From assembly GCA_010405405.1 (NCBI GenBank), contig MU004234.1, forward strand, positions 2,329,697 to 2,393,696: a stretch of DNA of 64,000 nt. Reading direction: 5' to 3'. A program made the position numbers and the translations under genes. This DNA is from Microthyrium microscopicum (lineage: Eukaryota). This document shows positions 26,684 through 40,445 of the stretch, piece after piece; the stretch's first letter is position 1, and every line of letters begins with the position of its first letter. A model generated the notes under the pieces. The model saw only the letters and a list, made by a program, of their open reading frames with translations. It made no database searches and was not told the origin of the DNA.

Positions 26684-28853
26684 CTAGTTAGCATCGGCGC
26701 TCGGAGGAGCAGGTGTAGACGAGGCGGGTGTTGCGCTTTCGCCCTTGGGAGTACCAAAGCCACCGCGACCACGAGGATTGCCGCGGCTGCCACGTTCGCC
26801 GCCACGACCGCCACGACCACGGCCGCGAAAGCCACCACGTCCAGTCTCCGAATCGCTGGCTCCGCCGCTTCGATATCCGCTAGTTGTTCGAGTATCGGTA
26901 CCCCAGCGATCAGCGCCTCCACGTGGACGCTGCTGATATATGGAGATGTTTGGCGATGTACCGCGGGAGTCCTTGTGTTCCTTCGCAATGTGCTCGTAGG
27001 CAGCTGTCTGGTCCTCTTGGGACTTGAAGTGAACAATGAAGAATTGACCGCTTCTCACCACTTTTTCGACCTTCGACTTGTCCTCTTCAGCAATCATTGC
27101 ACGAACTTGATCCTCTTCGGTGACATTTTTGACGAAGAGACCATAAATCGGTGATTGGGGTTTTCTCTCTACTGGAGTCTGAGGCTTGTCGGCCGCCTTG
27201 TCCTGGGCCGCTGCGCCATTTGTTTTGACATCGGAAGTAGAAGATTTCTCAGATGGGCCTGTCTTGACATCATCCTTAGGACGGTTTGGGATAGCCTGTG
27301 GACCAGGTCCGCGAGTCGCCGGGGATTGGGATGGGTTTTGTCGAGTTGGTGGCTGTTGACTACGTGGCTGAGATGGAGGTCCTTGTGGTGGTTGACTTGC
27401 GGTCGTAGCTGGCTGTGCAGGTTGATGGGGTGCAGCTTTACCTGTACGATGGGCAAAGTTGAACCCTTGAGCTCGCATTTCTGTACCAATTCGACCACCC
27501 TCGACGTCAAGGACCAACCAGCCATAGGCCGCGTCTGCAAGATTGAAGTTCCACATGTTCTTGAACGCACTCTCGTCAATCTGTCCCGTACCTGGAGCTC
27601 CACCTGATCCTCCAAATGGATTTCCACCTTGAGCTACACTCGGCATCTTGGCAACCAACTCCAATGCATGAGCAAGAAGTTTTTGTTGTGAATCGTTTTC
27701 AGCAACGGCTGGTTCGACTTCCTGTTTGACTGTTTGCCAGACGTCATCGAACGACGCCTTGGAGGCTGCCAATTTGCCGCGGTAATGATCCAAGGTCGGA
27801 TTGACACTGAACTCGTTGTAAGAGCTACCGTACCTAAAATGCAGGCCAGCAGAGATTGAGAAGTCCGCCTTGAGGGTGACGGAGAGCTGGTTAAGCAAGC
27901 CTTCACGAGCAGGAGAGGCATGGGTAACGAAAACTCGGGTTTCCGTTGGATCGTAGACACGAGAAGCTGTGTCTACTAGCTCACCCATTTGAAGCAGGGT
28001 GGTCCACATGGTCCCTTGCCCACCTGCGATAGTTGTTCGGCCTTCGCCATTGTCGAAGAGCTTGTGCATGACTACAGCTCCACCAAGACCAAGCAGACGG
28101 AGCTTGACTCCACCAATATCTAACAGTCGAGAATGGGCTTCGTCGATGATGTGAAGGTTGTCAACCTTGTACTCTCCGGAGCGAAGTTTTTCCAGCACCT
28201 GGACATCTTCGCAAGCTCCCCAGACTGTATATACAGGTACCTCCAGGGAATAGGTCTTGTTTAGAAAGAATGGCAATTCGGATAGTGGGAGTTGGTCTCG
28301 GCTGAAACGCTCCTTGATGGATGGTTGTGCCGGGGACTGGCCAATCTGGCGCTTGACATGATCGGTTAAGAGAGGTGAGTATTGCGCAACGTGACGAAGA
28401 GTTCTGTAGAAATTAGTACATGGGTGTATTCGAAATGGTACACAGCAAAACCTACTTTTCCGCAATACGGTCCAGAGAATTTTCATCATAGAAGCCAAAA
28501 TCGCCAGTGTGAACAATGTAACTCGCGCGAGCTTCCCGAGCTAGATCATTGAGGGAACGAAGATTTCCTACACTGTCAGAATTTGAGACTGAGAGTTTGA
28601 TGTGTATTAACGAACCTCGAACATCGGCGATGCATAGAACACGAATTGAACCTTGTTGGATTACGCGACCTTGATTCGGGAGTAGAGGGGCGGCGCCAGG
28701 CTGAGGCACGGTAGGTGCTCCTTGTGCGCCGTTCGACATGCTATAAGCAACTTGAGAATAGGGACGAGCTGTGTTTGGGGCCTGTTGGAAGCGAGGCATG
28801 GTTAGAGAGGGTTGATGAATGGACTGAGATGGGTGTGGACTAACGGAGGCCAT
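26684..28853 (-). CDS. Calcineurin-like metallophosphoesterase (DUF2433-type) with C-terminal RRM-like region and RGG tail
   Basis: RVLCIADVRG, IVHTGDFGFY, VWGACED, FVTHASP and SAGLHFRYG. Introns 28568-28615 and 28404-28455. RGRGRGGRGG tail. Confidence 0.85.
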
Positions 28854-31109
28854 GAAGGGAATATTGGCGGTGGAAGGTTGTTGATATGACGGAGTGGATG
28901 AAATGATGGTAGGTAAAGGGGTGGGTCTGCAGGCAAAAATAGCAACAGCAGGTAGAGATGAGCTGATGGCGGGTGAAGGAGAAGAAGGAGGAGGTTGAAG
29001 ATTAAGTGATGAAGTTGAGAGGATGAAGGGAGGTTGCGAATGAAGCTTGATTGTTGGTGGAGATATGATGGGAGGCGGTACTTGCAAAATGGAAGGCTCG
29101 ATCAAAATCGCGGATAGAACAGTTGCCTTTCTGGGAAGGTTTACTTTGATGGTGCATCAACGCGCTAAGTTCTCGGTCACTTTAGCGCTTTCACGTGACA
29201 CAATCATTGCCGCGCGCGTAGCAACTTTCTTTCTCTCCTAGACCTCCTACTCAACTGGCCTTTCCCATGTTCTTCTCATCTATTTTGCAAAATATTGTTG
29301 GATTTCCTACCACTCTACAATAGCGGCCTGTTAGAGTACATCACCACATCAAACTTTCCGGAGCGCCCGTTTTACCTGATGCAATCTCAGAACTAGAATG
29401 ATCTTGCAGCCCGCTGGATAGCTGTATCTTTGTTATTTGGCCGTCAATCTACAGGACAAAGACGAAATAGCTGGACGTCTATCGTACAAGTAGATATCGG
29501 ATGCAAACTAGCAGCTCAGTGCTGAGTGTGGACAAACTCATTGTCTCGACACGCTCGAGCATTTTCTCGTCAACCACATTCCGAGATCATTTCTTGTACC
29601 TTTTATCTTTCGTCAAAGTCTACGATCGCTTCATCGAACCTTTTCACGTGGGTAGCTTCTTTGGGCTCCGCTAGCTGAATCTCCGATGTTATTCGCTGCA
29701 ATGATCGACCATCGAGCCGTTGATGTCAAGCGTGTTCACTTGTCATGATTCCTGTACCGCCAATCAGATCGCTTCTAGTTGTGAATCTACTTGCTAGTTG
29801 TTTCAGACGCCCAGACTGTACTCAATCTTCCTTACCTCGCTGTAGCTACCTCACGTCTTTGATGGCCTGAACTCTCGTTCTTGTTTGGAAAATGTTCGTT
29901 TCGAAAATCGTGAAATTGATCTATATACAACAAGGGAGGCTGGCGAGCATATGAGCTTGCAATTTGTCCAATATCACCAGCCTTGGGTGATTTGCAAATG
30001 CAGCATCTTCAAGACGTCGGTATCGGAGCCAAAGAACGCCGATCAAGCATAAGTAAATGGTAAGACAAGATCAACACAGCTTGACGGTGGCATTTGCGAT
30101 AACATTTCGATGAGCTCGCAAAACATATGGCATGCTTCCTTCGAGTGCGTGTCTACCACACGATCGTCTGGGAGCATACTCTCTTGATTCGGGATACCAC
30201 ATCGTTTTCCTACCTACTTGATGAGAAATACAAATACTAAATAACAAAACGCAGCAGATGGCAGCGATGAAAGCTCATGTGAGCTCGTAGCTTGATCTGT
30301 CGACATTCAGGACAGGGATTCCAGCTGGAGACTTCCGTGGGTACTTTCTGAACGCAAAGACACCATCTTACACCTTTTACCGAACTTGATATATCCCGGT
30401 TCCGCTGCCTTCGAATAGCAACAAGACAATGGATTATTCCCACAAGCTATCTTTAAACATGTATTCTGAATACTGGGCGAACGAATGTAAAAGGTTCGAT
30501 GTCAGCAACAAAGTCACCTCCAACCACCAACTCTGTCCAACAACCCATCATCGCAAGCAATCTGTCTCGAAGCTGACGTCGTGCATCTTACGCAGTCGGA
30601 CCCTGGCCCAAGCAAAATCCAGCCTTGCCATTCTAGTGCTCGTCCAATCACATCCTCCTGTTTCACATCCCAGCCTTGTGCTAGGGAGCTCTCAACGTCT
30701 CCGCTTGCAGCTGAACGCGCCACTACTATTGTGTCAAACCACCTTAATCCCTGGGTCTATCCCCTAGAGACTACCGCTGAGCTTCAATCGTCGAGTCACA
30801 AACGACTTGATTGGAATGTTGGTGGGGTTTTTGAGACCAGGGTCGCCTGTTTCTGGTCTGTTGTCTTTCCAATCGGTCAAAAAGTGCTCGCTGACAGCTG
30901 AAAGAGATCGAGCTGTGGAGCATGAATCGTGCAATGACGTCCAGGTGTCTGGGGAGGTGGAGCGATTGTTTGATTGCCAAACATATAAGCTCCCATGTCC
31001 CTCGAGGTATGAGGAGAGGCTCTGGTTATCCTTATCTGCTGGTCGAACAGTGCCTCCTCCTGGCCAATACCGCGGCCATTTATATTTTCTTTTATTAATT
31101 CCTTCCATC

Positions 31110-32086
31110 ATGTCTTTTTATACCAAATCTGTCGCCATTTTTCTTTGCCTAGTACTAAGCGTCCTCGCTCAAGATGTTGACGAATGGTGGATTCCCGAAA
31201 ACACTGGGCAAGGAAGCTCTAGCAGCTACGGAAAGGGCGGTGATAATGATCCGTTAACATTCTTCAATGGCAACGGCAACAGTGGTGATGGCACATTCCC
31301 ATTCTACCCTATCAATCTTGATGGATTTAGATCGAACATCAATTGGGGCAAAGCAGCTCGTGCTCGCATCGCACATGCGGCTTTGGCTTCGGTTGCTTTT
31401 GTCTTCTTGTTTCCAGCTGGAGCTATTGCTGTTCGAGTCCTGCCAGGACGATTAGCTCTTTTCGTCCATGTATTGTTCCAAGTACTCGCCTTCGTTATCT
31501 TCATTGTCGCAGCCGGGATTGGTCTATGGCTTTCAGTGTATGCCAGCGGCGCCGATTTTGAACTTGTAAGCAGATCCCTAAAATATTGTGTACAACTTGC
31601 AGCTAACATAATCAGACACGACTATATCACCCAATCCTAGGAATTGTCATCTTCTGTCTCCTCTTTGTACAGCCATTGACTGGCTTCTTCCATCACCGAG
31701 GATACAAGAAAAGCAATGAACGCACCCCAGTTTCTTGGTTCCATATCAGTTTGGGCCGCTGTCTCATTGTTATGGGAATGATCAACGGTGGTCTCGGTCT
31801 CATGCTCTCTGCAAACGCCTCCAAAGGACAAATCATTGCCTACAGTGTCGTTGCTGGTGTCATGTGGTTGCTTTGGACTATTACTGCCTGCATGGGTGAA
31901 TTCCGATATATGACCAAGTCACAAGCACACCAGAACGGCATCGCACACCAAAATGGCACGGAGAAAGGCGTATCACCAACAAATGGAGCCAATGGAACGG
32001 CTAAAGATGTGGAACGTCAAGATACCAATGGAACCGCTGGCACAACGGGAACCAAGGAGGTTGAAGGCGAACGTAAAATGTCTTGA
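31110..32086 (+). CDS. Cytochrome b561-like membrane protein with signal peptide
   Basis: TM helices with spaced His residues (IAHAALA, FVHVLFQ, YHPILG, WFHISLGR, GMINGGLGL). Intron 31566-31615. Confidence 0.8.
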
Positions 32087-32400
32087 TCGGCTGATCTCCA
32101 CCACTAACGGAAGAGCATGAAGAACTTAAAGGTACTAGGCATATTGTACATAATTTCTTTGGCTTCGCTTCACTTGTTAAACAGTAATAGTCATAATTTG
32201 TCCCTGCCCCAGTCACCTCACATTACACAACTGATCCGGTTATACCTTTCTCAGTAAATAACACTTATTAGGTGAAGACATTCGTATTCATTGTCTGCGC
32301 CTAATGCCTATACCTACCTTTTCGCTATTGCATTGATTCTCTTCAACACTACACTTGTATTTCTCCTCTCAAAAAATCTTGAACGGCTATCCAAACCAAC

Positions 32401-34466
32401 ATGCCAGACCGCCCCGAGGCCCTAGCAAGACAAGACACTTGGAGACCAAAACGGTCTTCGAATGAATCCGAATATAAATATGGTCCAGAAAGTCCAAGAT
32501 TCATGCCATCATCGGCCCGCACCTCAGGTTCCATAACATCCTCAATTGCCTCCGCAGGCCACGCCGTACACCGCGCACTCACGAACACAGACTCCTCTCC
32601 TATCATCACACAACTGGTACGGAGTTTCGCGAGAGAGCACAAAGACGATTTGATGCAAATGAAAATCATCAAAGGTCGGAAATACAACCTGTCAAAGCAA
32701 CGAAATGTCCCGCTAGCTTTCAAACTGGAGCAGATAATGCTCAAGATCCGCCTCTTACCGCTACTAATCGAACAAATCCCACCGGGAGAGCCATTTGACC
32801 ACTGGCGAAGCCGTGATGAGGTCTCTGAGACGGTAGCTGAAGCGGACATCATGGCCATGGAACTTCTTGAAGGCTTCAAGACTGCTTTCTTTGGGCCTTC
32901 CAACCAGGCTGATCTGCTGGCCGTTCGAAATATCCTAGCTTTTATAGAGAAGAAAGACTTCTTCGGCACAGTCAAGATGCTGCATCGGGTTATGGATATC
33001 TTGATGTATGCTACTTTGAGATTGGAACAGTCATTGTAAGCATGTTGCCAAGATACGGTATATGTCTTCTAGCTAACTCATCGCAGAACTAGTCCGCCTG
33101 GCTCTCAGATACCGGGGCTAGAATTGAAGGATTGTATTGCGCAGCTGGAGGAATTGAACATGGTCATGCCGCAAGCTGTGACGATGGCGAAGCAGTATTC
33201 CAGGTCGAAGGAGAGGTCAGATGATATTTCCGACTTTCTGTGTTGTGTATCTTTTGGTAAGTTACTATCTGTTCTATGTAATGGGCAACTCTTGGAATTT
33301 CACAACCTGGCGTGGAAGTTCGGCGAGAGCATGTTCAATTTTGCTATGATTTGCTGAGGACCTGGAAATATACTAATTGGCGTGCAGATGGAGAAGGCTC
33401 AAGAACATACGCGTCCATCCTAATTATGCAAGCTATCAACGACCGCTTCAAGCAGCTGACATTCGAGGCCTCAAATTCCCATGACATGAAAACTTACGGC
33501 GACATGAGAGCTAGTTCAGAATGGAAGACAGAGCCTGGTCAAGTATTTGACTACATCTTCGGCACAGGAAGCGGAGCGTGAGTGGTCACGATTCTATCAT
33601 TAAGTGTTTCCCACTAACATTGTGCTAGAATCTTGGCTGTCATGTTAGGGCGTCTCCAGCTGCCTCTTGATAGATGTAAATGGATGTTTCGCACAGCTGC
33701 GCCGGAACTTCTTGCCAACTTGTCTCGAGCAAGAGGCGAGCACTACCTCAAACAGTACACTGCGGAGAGTATAAAGCTATCGTATGGTCTTCCACACGTC
33801 GGTCACCCTGTCTCTTTGGCTCGTCAACCCCTTTTTAGACGCCGCGATGGCCAGAATTGTACGACGTAAGTTCCCATAGTTCTGCAACTGTGACTGCGAC
33901 TAACCTCAAACAGTCTCGTACTGGCTCCAAAGATAGATGAAGACAAGAACCCGATACCCAGAACCTACTACTGGATGCGAGACGACCAAGGACAGTCGGA
34001 CATCATCCCAAGTGCCACCAGTACAAAAAGATCTTCCTGGGCAAATAACGCCTTATATATCTACAACGCAGTGTATGCCACCTGCCATCCAGATGGCACC
34101 ACACAGATTGGAAACCCCGAAGAAGAAGCCTGGGGTGAGATATTTCGCGACCACCGAGACATGGAGATGGACCAATGGATGATCATCAGTATCGGAAGCG
34201 CCCCCGATTTGCCGTATCCCATTGAAGATCCAAAGAGGAAGGCTGGCTTGAACAGTTTGGCTCAGACCAAAGGCCTCAAATACTTTCGCTTCGATGTGCC
34301 CGGACAGGTTTCCATGAATGAATGGAACGTGTCCACGGTCGACAACCAGCTTGGAACGGATCAGTGGCTAGAGATGATAGTCCAGAAGTATTTACGCGAC
34401 CCAGAGATCCAGGACAAGATTGAACGATGTGCAAGGCTTCTGTGGCAGCATCGGAGATTGAAGTAG
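32401..34466 (+). CDS. Degenerate patatin/iPLA2-like protein with unique N-terminal region
   Basis: Spliced product gives VSFDGEGSRTYASILIM, FDYIFGTGSGAILAVMLGRL, DGTTQIGNP, IISIGS and KYFRFDV. Four GT-AG introns. Confidence 0.7.
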
Positions 34467-34788
34467 TTTTTAAACCCTTATACTGCTTCAGAGATAGTTA
34501 CTTGTCTATTGGCTCCAGCCTTCAGCAACTTCAGGGCGACTTTTGTGGCCGTGTGTTGTGTAGCTTTAGCACTGTCATTGTAGACTTGTAGTTGCTATTG
34601 GCGATAAGTTTGGGACTGCTGTAGACCAGTACCATGAATGAAATAAACGTTCTAAGGCTACCAGGAACTTCAATGATGCCAACAAATACCAAGAGCAACT
34701 ACTCCAACTGAACAGATCTCAAAATGTTCGGACCTTCTTCATCCTACATACAACTTTACTTGCCCTGAATCTGTTTGACCAACGGACT

Positions 34789-35748
34789 ATGACAGAAAAG
34801 AGAACAAAGCCTGAAGCTTCTTCAGGAGACCTGGCCAACCCGTCGAAACGTAGAAGAAACTGGCAGGAGGTTGACACCTCTCTTCGACTAGAAAATGATG
34901 ACTGGAAAATCGACAATATCAAGCCAGAAACCTCCTCATGGTGTGCGCCACAGGAGTTACCACTCTGCACATGGTCAGATCGAGCCAACAATCGATACGA
35001 CATCAGCAATGCACCAACCCCAAGAAATTACTCGGAGCTGGTTCAGATCTTGCATGACTACAAGACGCTTCGTCGCTGGTGGCAGATTCCTCATGCCATG
35101 GCATTCCCAGAATTTGCAGGTTATCGATGGAATCACATTCGACGGTTCGTCATGCATTGGGGACAAAACACAATGACCACATTTGATTTCGCCAAGGACG
35201 ATTGGATCTTCTCCAGAATCGTTGAAGGCTCTTGCAGAACGGGAAGAGCACCTTTGTGTGCTCCAGACTTTTTCTACCTCAGTATGAGGAAGAAAGCTGA
35301 TATGAGAAATCTCCTCTTTTCTGAAAGAGCTAACATACTCGGCATAAAGTGGCATCTTGATATCAACACGAAGAAGATGGAAGATCATATCGACTGGCCC
35401 ATATGGGAAGACTATATCAAGAATAACTTACCGACAGGCAATTTCTTATTCCGTAATAGTTATTGGGATACAGAGCTGTGTAAGAAGAACATAGTCTGGG
35501 ATGAGCTATCTTTTGTACGAAGCGTGGTGGAAATAGAGGGATATCTGTATCGGATTCCAAAACGTCAAGAAGTTGTGGACTTTGCAAGCAAGTACGGATG
35601 TACCATCACACTTCGCAGTGGATGGCGACCATTTCAAAAGGCGAAGGACTGGACGATGACGGACCTCGAGGCGATTGAGGCCGCGGCGCGACAGCACTGG
35701 GTGGAATGGCGAAAGGAAGCTGAGCGTCAGTTGAGTCAGAGAGAGTAG
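34789..35748 (+). CDS. Hypothetical protein, 319 aa, Trp-rich, with NLS-like KRRR
   Basis: Long intronless ATG-initiated ORF; no family recognised. Confidence 0.6.
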   Translation: MTEKRTKPEASSGDLANPSKRRRNWQEVDTSLRLENDDWKIDNIKPETSSWCAPQELPLCTWSDRANNRYDISNAPTPRNYSELVQILHDYKTLRRWWQIPHAMAFPEFAGYRWNHIRRFVMHWGQNTMTTFDFAKDDWIFSRIVEGSCRTGRAPLCAPDFFYLSMRKKADMRNLLFSERANILGIKWHLDINTKKMEDHIDWPIWEDYIKNNLPTGNFLFRNSYWDTELCKKNIVWDELSFVRSVVEIEGYLYRIPKRQEVVDFASKYGCTITLRSGWRPFQKAKDWTMTDLEAIEAAARQHWVEWRKEAERQLSQRE

Positions 35749-36174
35749 GATGCTCTCCCTAGTCTTTGACATCGCATCGGAACGTATCATTCTTCGGGTT
35801 CGTGTTGTGACACTCATGTAGGCATATTGAATCTGACAGGAAGTAGAGTAGCTTCACTCCTAGAGGGACGACGGCCAATGAATATTTTCAGCGCAGGTTG
35901 TGTAACTATTGATTACGGAGCTGCCACGAGAGCAAATAGCAACCAAGACGCCATAGACACGGGATATATAGTTGCTAAATATACAGATCATGTTTTAAAA
36001 TGAAATAGGACGGTTTGTTGATACCTTGAAACGCCTCGCTGAATGACCATGTATAAAAAAAGGCGCTAAGATGACAGTATATTTTCATGGGGTCTTCAGA
36101 AAGTTGAGAATCGAGCCGGATCAATGTGCGATGTTAGTCGCTGGCTACCATAGCACTGGGTGGCTCCCAGAAAG

Positions 36175-38150
36175 CTATTCTATGCTCATCTTCTCTGTTA
36201 GCCCCTGCATGTCCGTCATGCCTTGCAATCCAACTCGCTTGGGCCCTAGCGACGGGGTGCCCATGACCACGCTGCTCACACTGTTGGAACGTTCACCAGC
36301 AGCATGCCCCCCGCAGCCACTGCCCATGACAGAGCTTTCACGTGACAGTTTCGCTTGGTTGGCCTGTTGACCCCACAAGTCACCACGCGCGGCTGGGCTC
36401 TGCGATAGAATGGGGCTGTTGGCCACGCTAACGCCTGGAGAAACCGCACGGCGTTTGAGGGATGTTGTATCGAAATCATCATCACGACGACGCTTGTTGT
36501 TCTTGCGCAAACCGTCTGCAGCAGAAGGTGGGTGGACGCCGATGGTGTTAGAGGTAGCTTGTGGAGTGGAAGCCCGCGAGTGAGGGTATGAGGGGTAGGC
36601 GAAAGGAGTTTCGTAAGGATCTTGCGACAAGATTGGCGAGCCCATGTTAATATCTTCGCTGATGGAGCCAGCACGTGGAAATGTGGCAGGTGGTGGAGTG
36701 TGTTTGTCAAAGGTGTCCCAGAAGTCTTTGGGGCCGGAATTACCGGCGGCAAATGCACCAAAGAGACCTTTGCCAGGTACAATCAAGTTGTTTGTGGACG
36801 AAGTGGATCCGTTAGAGTCAAGTGGCATGAGAAGTCCGTCGTTGTGTTCAGGTATATCCTCCAGACTATTAACGGGTTGCATAGATGGTGAGGAATGGGT
36901 GGTGTTGGCATTTGATGCGGGAACGGGATCGCTCTCTCGAACCTGTCGGATAACTTCTGCTTCACGCTTGACTTCCGTGTCGACTGGAGCAGACTCTTCT
37001 ATGAGCTCAGCTCGAATGCGACCAAAAGCACGCGTTTTAGGCTAGAATGTGATTAGAATAATGCAGGTTTTCAACGAGTAAGCAATGAACATACCAGAAG
37101 ATTGCCTCTTCTCGTAACCGGCCGCCTGATGACGCCTGGGGTGTGTTGACCAGGAGCGCTTGCTTCGTCCCCGCTATCATTTCCAGAGGAGATGGTTAAC
37201 TCATTAGTAGTCATGGATAAACTCTCTCGCCGAGCTGCGGTATTGCGCAGGTTGGCATCTCGTGGGAAAAAGCCGCCTTCCCCGATTTTGCCAGGAAGCG
37301 GTGAGGTCGGTGCAGGACTAGCCAGATTACTATGTCCACTAGCACTACTTGAGCTTTTTCGGCTCTTACGACTGTCCAGTCGTCGTCGGTAGCTTAGGAA
37401 GTTGCTACCAGCTGGTGAGAAAATGCTCGGACCCCAACCTGTGCTGTATATGGAAGGACCGTTGTTGCTTGAAGATGTTTTCTTATGAAGATTCGGCGTG
37501 GCTAGGATTGCATCTTCCGTTTCCTCTGGGTCCACAGGTTCCATGTCATCGTCACTGCTCGAATCTTCAGATGCAAACATGTTGACACTGCCTAATGAGC
37601 TGGATATGGTACTTCGTTCAGCATTCCAGGAAGGTGGATCCACAGACATGGCATTAACAGACTGTTTTCTCCCGGGTATCATCATTCCTCTTTGAGCAAT
37701 GGTAGGTGAAGAATCAGGAGAAACTTCAGCCAAAGTTGAGTGATGTAAAAGGGTTGCGGCTCTTGAGAAGTCTAGTCCTCTTGAGTGTCGCGGAAGGACA
37801 GAACTTGGGGAACCATACGGGCTGCGACTTTCTACCTTCGGTGAAGGTGGAACACGTCGATTAAAAAGTGTTGATGATGTATTGGTGTTGGTGGGAGGTA
37901 GACAGAGGGACAATCCACGTGGTGGAGCGGCTCGTTGAGGTGTGCTTAGTACATCGCGCACAGCGTTATCATCTTGTGTACGGTTCTTGGCGTATTCCTT
38001 GAGTTTTGGCGACGGCTCAAGCTTTGGAGTCGAGTCGGACAGCGATCGCGATTTCAGTTTGGTAGGCGTTCGGATGGTCAATTCGTCGCTCGCCGGAGGA
38101 TCAGGAAAAGTTTCCTTTATCACAGCTTCAAGCGAGTAATGTGAATTCAT
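36175..38150 (-). CDS. Ser/Pro-rich conserved-looking fungal protein of unknown function
   Basis: Two long exons joined by intron 37042-37094 (RRGNLL/PKTRAFGRIRAEL). Motifs PRHSRGLDFSRA, KRRAVSPG and GPKRVGLQGM. Confidence 0.8.
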
Positions 38151-38565
38151 GGTTGCGGTAACACACGATAATGGTGCATGGATATATTTGAGGTGTCTGA
38201 CATACTCTAGGATGTAAGTGTCAGTATATACGGCCGGCGGAATTGAAGAAGTCGGAAGCGCTGTAATGGTGTTGAGAAGTGAAATGAAGTTGCGGGGCTT
38301 GAGAAGTTAAGATTGAACGATCACAGTCCGTGCTCAGGAGACGCTAACGGCTAATCTGCTGGGATTATGACGCTAGCTGAGACTAATGCAACCTTAATTT
38401 AGGTGATCGACCAGGGTCTCAAGTCCACCAACACGTCTGCAACATACTTGGAAGTTGGCAAGCTCCCATCGACTACAATGTCTACCATCAACCGCTCTCA
38501 CAAATCGAGTGCTCTATCCGCCATCTACAGCGTCGTGTCAAGCTTGTACTCAAAATTTCAGCTTC

Positions 38566-40445
38566 TCAAATGATATTGCTCACTTCTAGTAAAGTGATCA
38601 ACGTTTGCATCTCGCCTTTCCCGGTCTCCTTTGCCGCGTCGAGGTTGCCTTTGGCGATCATATCATACATCTCGCTCTTGCTAACTGTCAATCTCAAATC
38701 CGCGAAGCTACTGCTCAAAGCAGTCCCAAAAGGCCTACTCCGGTATGTCAATGTCCCATTTCGCAATGTTAAAGTCCACGTTGTCTGATCGTCCGGTATA
38801 TCAATTACGATCGCCTGGACAGATATTTCGCAAGCCTTCGGTCCGTCTATCTGCAACGAGAGAGCGTCGAGCCAATCTTCTACAGTTGATTGCGGGTTCA
38901 TGGCGATCACACTCTGTGCTGCTCCTTGAGTCTCGCTTCCAAGTTCTTGTGCGGCAGTGAGGTAGAAATTTCGCCAGACTGCATTTTCAGCACCGAAACC
39001 GAGCTGCTGGTATACCGATGCCAGTTTCTGTCGTCCTTGTTCGTTACCAGGCTCCGCCGCTACAACATGATCAAGCAGTGTGGCAGCGAAACGAAGATCG
39101 TCTCTGTTGACGAACTCCTTTGCCTTTTCAATAACAGCATCGGCGCCACCCATACATTCAACATAGCGTTTCCCCTCCTCCTTTGGAGGATGCTTCCACA
39201 TATTGGCTGGGTTCCCATCGAACCAGGTCATGTAACGCTGGTAAATACCCTTTACGTTCTGCGACAAGCAGCCGTAAAACTCGCCGGCATACCATTCTTG
39301 TTTTAAAGCTGATGGGAGCTCGAGCTGTTCCGCTATTTCAACTCCAGTCATCCCTTGGTTCATAAGCCTAACCGTCTGGTCATGCATATAGCCATACAAG
39401 TCTCGTTGATCTGAAATGAACCTGACGATGTTCTCGTGGCCCCAGGTCGGCCAATGATGACCGGAAAATACCACATCAGAATCGAATCCATACAAATCGA
39501 GTGTCTCGTCCAAATGCTTAGACCACTTCTTTGCGTCGCGAACTTGCGCACCGCGTAAGGTGATCACATTATGCATCGTGTGAGTTGCACACTCAGCGAT
39601 ATAAAGAGCACGCTGATCAGGAAAAAAGACGTTGATCTCGCATGGCGCTTCTGTTTCAGGCACCATCTGGAACACCATTTTTACGCCATCGATAATTCGC
39701 TCCTCGCCAGTGTCGTTGATACTGTCATTCGGCGGTACAATTCTTGTGGTCCCGCTGGAAGCTGCCATCCCTAAGCCACAACCCCTACGAGTAATTGATC
39801 AGTATGCTGACCGACTAATCACGCGTGATAGAGGAATATTTACACATGGCCATCTGGTCCAATAGGCAAAGATCCGCCAAACATAAATACTGCACGTCTT
39901 CGCATCGCGGGACCGGCTACAATATTCTCTTTGAGCACTGCATCCATGAAGCCAGCTGGAGCGATAATTGGTATTTCGCCCTGATCCCCACCAGCTGCTG
40001 AAAGAACACCCTGGGCACCGCCGAAGTGATCGTAGTGACTGTGAGAATACAGTACAGCTTGAACTGATCGTGGTCCGCGATGGGCGCGATAGAACTCTAG
40101 TGCTGCAGCTGCACACTCAGTTGATGCAAGAACGTCAAGCACAATTACACCAGTTTTGCCTTCTACCAGCGTCATGTTTGAGATGTCGAAGCCGCGCACT
40201 TGATACACGCCCTTGGTTACCTCGAATAGGCCATGCTTGCGGGTTAACTGTCCTTGTCGCCATAACTTCGGATTGACAGTCGAAGGACAATCTTCATTCA
40301 CAAAGTTGTAGTCCTCGTTGTTCCAGACATTGTGTCCAGCTTCATTTTTAATAACACAGGTGTCGAGAGATGCGACGAGACCTCTGTCAGCATTTATGAA
40401 GTCGGCTTCGTCCCGGAACGAAGGCTGAATGATCGGAGTGGACAT
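38566..40445 (-). CDS. Alkyl/aryl sulfatase, metallo-beta-lactamase fold (SdsA1/Bds1 family)
   Basis: TVNPKLWRQ, YQVRGFDISNMT, YSHSHYDHFGG, PETEAP, HNVITLRGAQVRD and HHWPTWG, plus an SCP2-like C-terminus. Intron about 39787-39843. Confidence 0.92.

Noticed and set aside
29250..30800. Possible gene remnants between the phosphoesterase and the b561 gene
   Set aside because: Only short ORFs with no recognisable product.
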